A DNA stretch of 63,899 nt, filler included, from Vannella sp. (lineage: Eukaryota), in NCBI GenBank assembly GCA_023345925.1. It is 8 parts of 8 records of this genome, joined end to end, with 100 filler letters (N's around TTAATTAATTAA, not from the genome) between each part and the next. Parts side by side here need not be neighbours in the genome. Positions count along the whole stretch, not along the records: positions 51,682 to 60,552 come from JAJQQN010000320.1; positions 60,653 to 63,899 come from JAJQQN010001116.1; 6 more parts are not named here. One strand, written 5' to 3'. Under the pieces are notes generated by a model that saw only the letters and a list, made by a program, of their open reading frames with translations, was not told where the DNA came from and searched no databases. The position numbers were made by a program, and so were the translations under genes. Below, piece by piece: positions 57,884 to 63,899 of this stretch; the stretch's first letter is position 1; each line of letters opens with the position of its first letter.

Positions 57884-59272
57884 TTAACTCTCCTTCTTGA
57901 GGAGTTGGTTTGTGATAGAATTGCCAAAGAGGCTTCCCAGAGCGACTGTTTCGCCTTTGAGTTGAAATATCCGAGGCACTCTTTCGCCTATGAGGCAAGT
58001 CACTTCGTAGTTGATAGTAGAGAGGCGATTGGCCATGTCATCACAATGAAGGCCGGGGACCGCTGGGCCCAACAGAATGGCTTGGTCACCTTCCTTTACA
58101 TTAGGAACAGCTGAAGCATCCACCATGATCATATCCATGCAAACCCGCCCCACAATAGGGCAATCCTTGCCCTTCATGTGAACGTGGAACGCATTTGCGT
58201 TGGCGGAAGCTCCCAGCAGTCTCCGGTAGCCGTCTGCATAACCCACTGGAAGGACTGCAATAGTTTGCTCTTCCTTTGTTTCATAGGAGCCACCATATCC
58301 AATCAAGGATCCTTTGGCAAGCTGCTTAACTTGGACCACGGAGCTCTCCCATTGCAGGAGTGGTCGAAGAGGCACTTCCTGCTTCCTCACCTCCTGGGAA
58401 GGATAGAGCCCGTACAGGCTGATTCCAATGCGGAAGAGGTTAAGGTCCTGGATGAAAGGAAGCTGTTCTGCTAACTCAGCGAACTCTACACTGCCAGCAG
58501 AGTTCATACTGTGAAGGAGGGCCGGGCGAATGTCGCTCTCTTTGAGGCGGTCCACTCCCCGTTGGAAGCAGGAGAGTTGCTGGAAGGTGTATCCTTTGTC
58601 TTCTTCGTCTGCTTTAGAGAGATGCGTGTAGACCCCCTCCACTTGGAGGAACTCTGCTTGTTGTAACTCTCGGATGGCGCGAGGAAGCTCTTCCTCCATC
58701 AGGCCTACACGGTGCATGCCAGTATCAAGCTTAATGTGGACCCTCATAGGCTTAGAAGCCTTTGCAGATGCTTCAGCACACCGCTGGAGAGACTCGATCG
58801 TGCAGAGGGAAGGAGTTACTTTGTACTGGATGGCGAGCTCTTCAGAGCCTTTAGGAAGCACTCCTAACAGCAAGAGGAAGGGACATTCTACACCTAGATG
58901 ATCAAGCTGCTTACGTAAGAGGATGGCCTCTTCTAGAGTTGCCACTGCAACACCTGCAACAACCTTTTCCCCGTTTTCGCGCAGTTGAAGGGCACGAAGA
59001 GTCAGTGGGAGCGCTCCATGACCATAACCATTAGCCTTCACAACAGGTAGAAGCTGAGCTTGCTTCACGCGAGGGCGTAGATGCCTGTAGAAGGCAAAAA
59101 GGTTCTCGTCAAGAGCATCCAAGCTAACTTTGGCTACAGTTGGTCGTAGCTGCCCCAGTCCTTCCTTCATCTGTCCCTGGTTCCAAACCTCCGGTAGCTC
59201 ACCACTGTGAGCGTACCCCCTGCTTGCAGCCACTAACAGGGACCGAACCGCCCATCGGCTTGCGACCTGCAT
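57884..59272 (-). CDS. alr: Alanine racemase (fold-type III PLP enzyme) with a predicted mitochondrial presequence
   Basis: VVKANGYGHG (PLP Lys), HIKLDTGMHRVG, YTHLSKAD, NSAG, RIGISLYG, IGYG (catalytic Tyr), GYADG, GRVCMD and TINYEV. Intronless. Confidence 0.96.
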   Translation of the reverse strand: MQVASRWAVRSLLVAASRGYAHSGELPEVWNQGQMKEGLGQLRPTVAKVSLDALDENLFAFYRHLRPRVKQAQLLPVVKANGYGHGALPLTLRALQLRENGEKVVAGVAVATLEEAILLRKQLDHLGVECPFLLLLGVLPKGSEELAIQYKVTPSLCTIESLQRCAEASAKASKPMRVHIKLDTGMHRVGLMEEELPRAIRELQQAEFLQVEGVYTHLSKADEEDKGYTFQQLSCFQRGVDRLKESDIRPALLHSMNSAGSVEFAELAEQLPFIQDLNLFRIGISLYGLYPSQEVRKQEVPLRPLLQWESSVVQVKQLAKGSLIGYGGSYETKEEQTIAVLPVGYADGYRRLLGASANANAFHVHMKGKDCPIVGRVCMDMIMVDASAVPNVKEGDQAILLGPAVPGLHCDDMANRLSTINYEVTCLIGERVPRIFQLKGETVALGSLFGNSITNQLLKKES

Positions 59273-59323
59273 GCCGAGAGTGAGGAAATGAGCAGCTGGG
59301 AAGCCCTTCAAGGAGCTATCTTG

Positions 59324-59896
59324 TTAGGAGGAAGTAATATCAGCTGTTGAGTATCGGTAGAGGCGATAAGGCGCTTCATGGAAGACTGTGGAGCCATCTG
59401 CAGTGGGGCAAACATGAACTCCACCAACTTCTTCCGCTGGGGGCCAATCAATGAAGGGATAGTCGTGGCAGATGATTCGCACAGATGGAGAGAGAGTTGT
59501 AAGGTACTTTTGAGCATCCCAGGTGCCCGCTGGACCCATGTAGACGATGATAACCGTCGCTTCCGACAAGTCAGCTCCTGCGAAATCCCCTTCACGAACT
59601 TCTGCCCTCCCAACGCAGCGAGGGTCAGCGTAAAGAACCTCTCTTGACGCCCGGACAAGAGAAGGTTCTATTTCAACGCCAATAGCGCGGTGAACGAGTC
59701 TGTAGCAAGCCTGAACGAGGACCCGCCCATCCCCTGAGCCCACGTCAAGGAGAACATCGCTCTCCTCCAGGGATGCAAGGTCCAGCATGTGCTCAATCAC
59801 CTCCACAGACGAAGGATAAAACGGCGCAATCTTCCTGTCCACAGAGCGCGCCTCTTCCAACGCAGCAACACGCTCCAGGAACTCGGCCGTCCGCAT
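59324..59896 (-). CDS. Class I SAM-dependent methyltransferase (prokaryotic aKMT/FAM173-like)
   Basis: APFYPS...MLDLA...LDVGSGDGRV...GVEIEP...DLSEATVIIVY...RIICHDYP..W. Intronless. Confidence 0.88.
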   Translation of the reverse strand: MRTAEFLERVAALEEARSVDRKIAPFYPSSVEVIEHMLDLASLEESDVLLDVGSGDGRVLVQACYRLVHRAIGVEIEPSLVRASREVLYADPRCVGRAEVREGDFAGADLSEATVIIVYMGPAGTWDAQKYLTTLSPSVRIICHDYPFIDWPPAEEVGGVHVCPTADGSTVFHEAPYRLYRYSTADITSS

Positions 59897-60108
59897 TGAC
59901 TCCACAGACGACAGGTGAATGAAGGAATCACCAAAGGAAGTGTCGTTCCCAATAAGGTAAGAGAGAGTTCAGTCGCACTAAACCACGTCCTTTACAATCT
60001 GACCAATCCAAGAAGACGTGTCGGTTTATTTGAAAAGGGGAACAACTGAGAAAAGGGGACGCATGGCTGGTTTTAAGAGAGCAGCTCGCAGTGTGATTCA
60101 TTATTGTC

Positions 60109-60459
60109 ATGGACCAAAGAGGAAAACCCCTGGCTCTACCTTTTCCCGGAGCAATGGGGCGCTGGGTGCCTTCGTCGGAGTTTGGTGAAGGAAAGTCTTT
60201 CGGACACTTCGTTTGTTCCCGTTGCAAGAAGAGTTGGTTCTCTGCTCACTCCTTTCGGAGATTTGGGCAGAAATGTAAAGCTTGCAATCATCAATTCCAG
60301 CCAACCCATCTTTGGGTTAACGGCACAAGTGGCCACCGCAGTGAGAAGGAAATAGAGGACAAGAAGAAGCCACACCTTGCCAGTCTCTGTGAGGCTTGCC
60401 AGTTAGGGGTTTGCGTCCAAAATCAACGGGACAACAACGGATTCGATTTGTTTGACTGA
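60109..60459 (+). CDS. Stand-alone zf-3CxxC zinc-finger protein
   Basis: FGHFVCSRCKKSWFSAH...QKCKAC...PHLASLCEACQLGVC. Confidence 0.87.
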   Translation: MDQRGKPLALPFPGAMGRWVPSSEFGEGKSFGHFVCSRCKKSWFSAHSFRRFGQKCKACNHQFQPTHLWVNGTSGHRSEKEIEDKKKPHLASLCEACQLGVCVQNQRDNNGFDLFD

Positions 60460-60552
60460 TGCCTTAAGGCCCAGGGGCGTTGAAGATGTTGTTAAATCAG
60501 AAAGGCTCCATTTCGACAAAGTTCTCTCGACTTTACCGGTAACCTAGCTAAC

Positions 60553-60652
60553 NNNNNNNNNNNNNNNNNNNNNNNNNNNNNNNNNNNNNNNNNNNNTTAA
60601 TTAATTAANNNNNNNNNNNNNNNNNNNNNNNNNNNNNNNNNNNNNNNNNNNN
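60553..60652. other. Artificial contig linker
   Basis: Same spacer. Confidence 0.98.
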
Positions 60653-61327
60653 CCCTTATCCAAACGAATGCTCTTCGCGTGAGGCTAGAGCCTGCAAATT
60701 GGCACTTCTTCGTTTTATTCCTTATCCCGCCTGGTACCAGTAAGCGCTGACAAAACCTAACGATGGACCTGCAGCGACATGCTGCCGATGTGCTAGGATA
60801 AATGATAAGAAGAATGAGCTGTGCTAGGAAGACGCGATCTTGTGATCTCCTGATAGCATTGGTTAAGATTTTGTAAATGAAGCTCAACTCTGAGCTGCAA
60901 AAAGCGACAACTCTCCCATCAAGAACCTAATCGATCCGAACTAAGTGTCCACCCCTTCTTAAAGCTGGTGTGCTGATCAAGTGAGAGAAGAAACTAACCT
61001 ACAATCAGAGAAAGGGATTCAAGAGAACAGCTTGATGTGGAAAATGATCAACAGCCAGCTTTACAATCTCGTTTAGCACAGCCTTGGTGCAACGTGAGAT
61101 CAGTTCCGCAAGAGCGTTAGATGATAATCCCGCCCAGAAGGAAGATTGTGGACCTCTCAAGTGCATGATGTGCCCTGTGATGAGACTCTCTTGATCCTAT
61201 TTCGTACCAATGCAAGCTACCAACCCAATCCAGATTCATCCCACCAAACTCTCTCCATTGACCCTCGTGATAGATCCTGAAAGCAGAAGGAGTTGATTGA
61301 ATGGAACGGAGTTCAAACTGTTGTTGG

Positions 61328-62903
61328 TTAAAGTGGCTTTCGCCGGCGAAGTTTACGCCAGGTTCCGCTGTCATAATTGATCTCAAAGAGGATGTGCTCT
61401 GTCCAGATCTGCCCATCTTCCACGTGAATATGCTCCTCATTGAGTAGGATCTGCTGTGACCCAACAGTTGCAGGGTTCCCACGCCCATACAAGAAGTTGG
61501 TAATCAACTGTCTCTCCTCCATAGAGATTCTGTTGGCCTTCTCAAAGAGGTCATTGAGAACCCTATCCGTTGCTGAAGTAGTGGATTCCGGGGGAGGGGC
61601 ACTGAGTGTCGGGTTTTGCTGTAAGGGAGTGTGCATTTGTGAGAATGGGCTCAAACCAGCTTGTGGATACATGTAGTTGGGGTGGGGAACTCCCATCCCT
61701 TGCGGAAGCAAAGGTTGCAAATGTGCCCCTCCAAGACGGGGCATAAGGGAGCCAGGCATTCCCATTGGGCGCATATTCATGCTCATGTTCATGTTCATGT
61801 TCATGTTCATGTTCATGGGAGTAGGAGCTTGAGGCATTCGTGGAGGGGCGAATTGGGTCCTCTTTTTGCTCTCTTTCTCCTCAAGTTTGGCCAATCTCTT
61901 GGCTTCTTTCTCTCGTTCTGCAAGAGCTTTTCGTTCCACGGCTTCTTCTTGTTTCTTAGCTTTCTCCTCTGCCCTCTTCCGCTTCATTTCCTCCTGCTGC
62001 TCCTTCTTCATCCGCTTCTTCTCAGCGCTATCCTCATCTGTATCACACCGTCAGCCCACCTTTCCTCTGTGACCCAACCGGCCACGAACCATTGCGCCGG
62101 CGACGTTTCGTGAAAGCAGCCGCGTGCTGTTGGGTGAGCTCCCGCACTTCCTCTATGTCAAGCATCTGCGTGCGCTTGCGGGGAAGTTGACTTTCCATCG
62201 CAATGTCACCCAAAGACGTTCTCAGACTCTCTGATAAGGACACTCGCATCTTATCAACCACTGGAGGGGGACGAGAAGGGCGAGTGGGTGCCAACTCCAG
62301 AGGATTGTCTTTGGCGAGAGGAGCAACAAACTCGTCCCAGTTGAAGGTCTCTACAAGAGCGCTTTCGTTCTTGGCAAAGTGCCCGTGATACTCAGGAGTC
62401 TTCAACAGCCAACGGTCCAAATACGCAGCTTCTAAAGGCGGTAGACCCAAAGAAACGTTGTTCTCCAAAGACTCTAGTCCCCAAGGGTGAGAGAAACGCT
62501 TAAAGAGCAAAGAAGATCAACCTTTCAGTCTCCCTACAAGGCACTCGGTGGTCTTGACAAAGTCTGGATGAGTACAAAGCGTGGTGTGAGCCGTTCCTGG
62601 TGAAGCAAGAGTGTTCTTCAGGATTTCTGCAATAATAGCAACCCATGGGTCACTGTCTCTCTCAGCTTTGCTCAAGATAGCGTCCAAGTCGCTCCGCATC
62701 GCATCCAAAACAGGTCTCCTCAACGCCAGGAAGGCCAACAAGTAGTTCACCTTCGTCTGTCCATCCAAAGCATCAAAGGAGTCCACTGAGAACTTCACTA
62801 TCTCAGGAGTGAGAACCTGCGCCACCCTCTCGGAGCTCCATGGCTTCTCCAACTGCTGCGTCAGCCACAAGTCCGCCTCCTTCGCCGACCGGATCGACAC
62901 CAT
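61328..62903 (-). CDS. NELFA: Negative elongation factor subunit A, 3 exons
   Basis: N-terminal LWL...W....A.VLT...F..L....KV..LL and DSDPWV...AEIL, then PLE..YL. C-terminal FEKANRI...LI..F..G...ILLNE...FEINY..GTW. Confidence 0.82.
61776..61817. repeat. Coding (ATGTTC)n hexanucleotide microsatellite giving an (MN)n tract
   Basis: catgttcatgttcatgttcatgttcatgttcatg inside NELF-A. Confidence 0.85.
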
Positions 62904-62909
62904 TAAAAA

Positions 62910-63495
62910 ATGATTAATATTGCTCCCCTTGATATCACCCATTCTTTTTCAGAGTCTCGTCGTGAACGAACCTGGACTGACCAATCGGCTTCTACTAGCT
63001 CTACCAGTGCGGCTTCATCATCGAGGATAACCCGGATAGATGACTATGTGGGTATCACTGTGGACATCAGTCAGAAGGAAATCGACACGGATGTGAGGTA
63101 AGGATAGAGGACAAGGTCCGCTGCAAGTTTCTCAACACCCTTGTAGGCCCAAACAGGCGACCTATCACCTCAAGAAGGGCCAATTCCCTTCCAAGCTCGT
63201 ACAAGATCTTCGTGTATCCTACTTGAGTGTTGATGAAGCTCATCTGAAGGAGAAAACGAGCGAAGGTCCTGTCTCCCCTTCAAATGAGGCGACAGCTCTC
63301 CAAAGAGCGATCCACGAGGTCCAAAGAGTCCTCCTTGGTACTCCTTCAACCGTAGAAGATGACAATCTTCTCTTGGCTACCGAGACCCTTTCCGCAAACA
63401 AGCGAAACGCCATCACCGTCCGCAAGCTGCTGAAGGAGACCTTGAACGAGAATCTGGCTTTGTTGCAAAGCGCTCTGTCCACGGTAGAACCATAA
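62910..63495 (+). CDS. Hypothetical protein, 2 exons, start uncertain
   Basis: A GTAAGG...TAG intron at ~63098-63147 joins ORF 62910-63101 in frame to ORF 63223-63495. Confidence 0.45.
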
Positions 63496-63899
63496 AAGAA
63501 TCAGCTTCTTCTTGAACAAAGTCTTCTGGCTGATCTGGATGCTTCATTGCACCTCCGAGAGGAGGTACGAAGCTGTGTTTGTTGCGTGGTGAGTTTGGTT
63601 GATCTGAAATGATGACAAAGAAGGTCATCGTGGGGAGCTCATCTTCAGTCAAACCTTGTTGGAAAGGTGAAGATATTTTCCCAGATATTTATGCCCCTCT
63701 TTGCCCATTGGCCCATTGCTCGAAATTACCATTTTTTTCATGGACAGCCGTCTTCCCCACACCGTAAGAGTCCCTCCTCTCGACTACAACCCCGAGTGAT
63801 CTTACGATTACTCTGCAGCTGGTCGAGATATGTTTGAGGATGGGTCCTCGTGCATTGCCCCTTCTGCCCACCGAAGCACGCCTTCGCGTTGCCGCATTG

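Noticed and set aside
57884..59896. Bacterial contamination as the source of alr/MTase
   Set aside because: Contiguous with intron-containing genes, with no linker in between, and carrying the host-type pre-ATG motif and presequence. A chimeric assembly still needs a read check.
6626..60652. Seven identical TTAATTAATTAA palindromes flanked by Ns
   Set aside because: Artificial all-frame-stop linkers, not biological. Cross-linker gene neighbourhoods are meaningless.
1..63899. Alternative genetic code, CRISPR array, tRNA/rRNA, intact transposase or RT
   Set aside because: Long ORFs read through under the standard code with all three stops used at gene ends. No repeat-spacer array, cloverleaf or mobile-element catalytic motif was recognised by eye.
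63496..63899. Possible minus-strand gene end at the window edge
   Set aside because: An open frame exists but has no recognisable motif and is truncated, so it is not supportable.

Overview
Eukaryotic nuclear DNA from a very compact, gene-dense protist genome. Introns are short (about 40-70 nt) and tandem genes are often only 50-100 nt apart. The window is not one locus: eight contigs are joined by artificial 100-nt N-TTAATTAATTAA-N linkers, so synteny holds only within a contig. The eEF1A-type protein lacks the opisthokont insertion. Together with the gene set (GABA-B-like class C GPCR, NELF-A, DH-PH-FYVE GEF, WASP-type VCA), this suggests an amoebozoan-like phagotroph (inference). About 36 protein-coding genes or remnants are supported, mostly housekeeping. 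Exon boundaries were inferred by eye and are approximate. No tRNA, rRNA or CRISPR array was recognised. Highlights: (1) a near-canonical Rab1 whose changes cluster on switch I/II and remove the Ser76/Tyr77 sites modified by Legionella effectors; (2) an intronless bacterial-type alanine racemase with a mitochondrial presequence, next to a prokaryote-like methyltransferase; (3) a WASP-family VCA protein with an unfamiliar Cys/His plus long coiled-coil N-terminus; (4) a class C GPCR with an LDLa-like module; (5) an eEF1A paralog with a remodelled aminoacyl pocket; (6) an Inr-like CA(T/C)T motif just before most start codons; (7) a dispersed ~75-bp element, two copies of which head a family of decaying ORFs.
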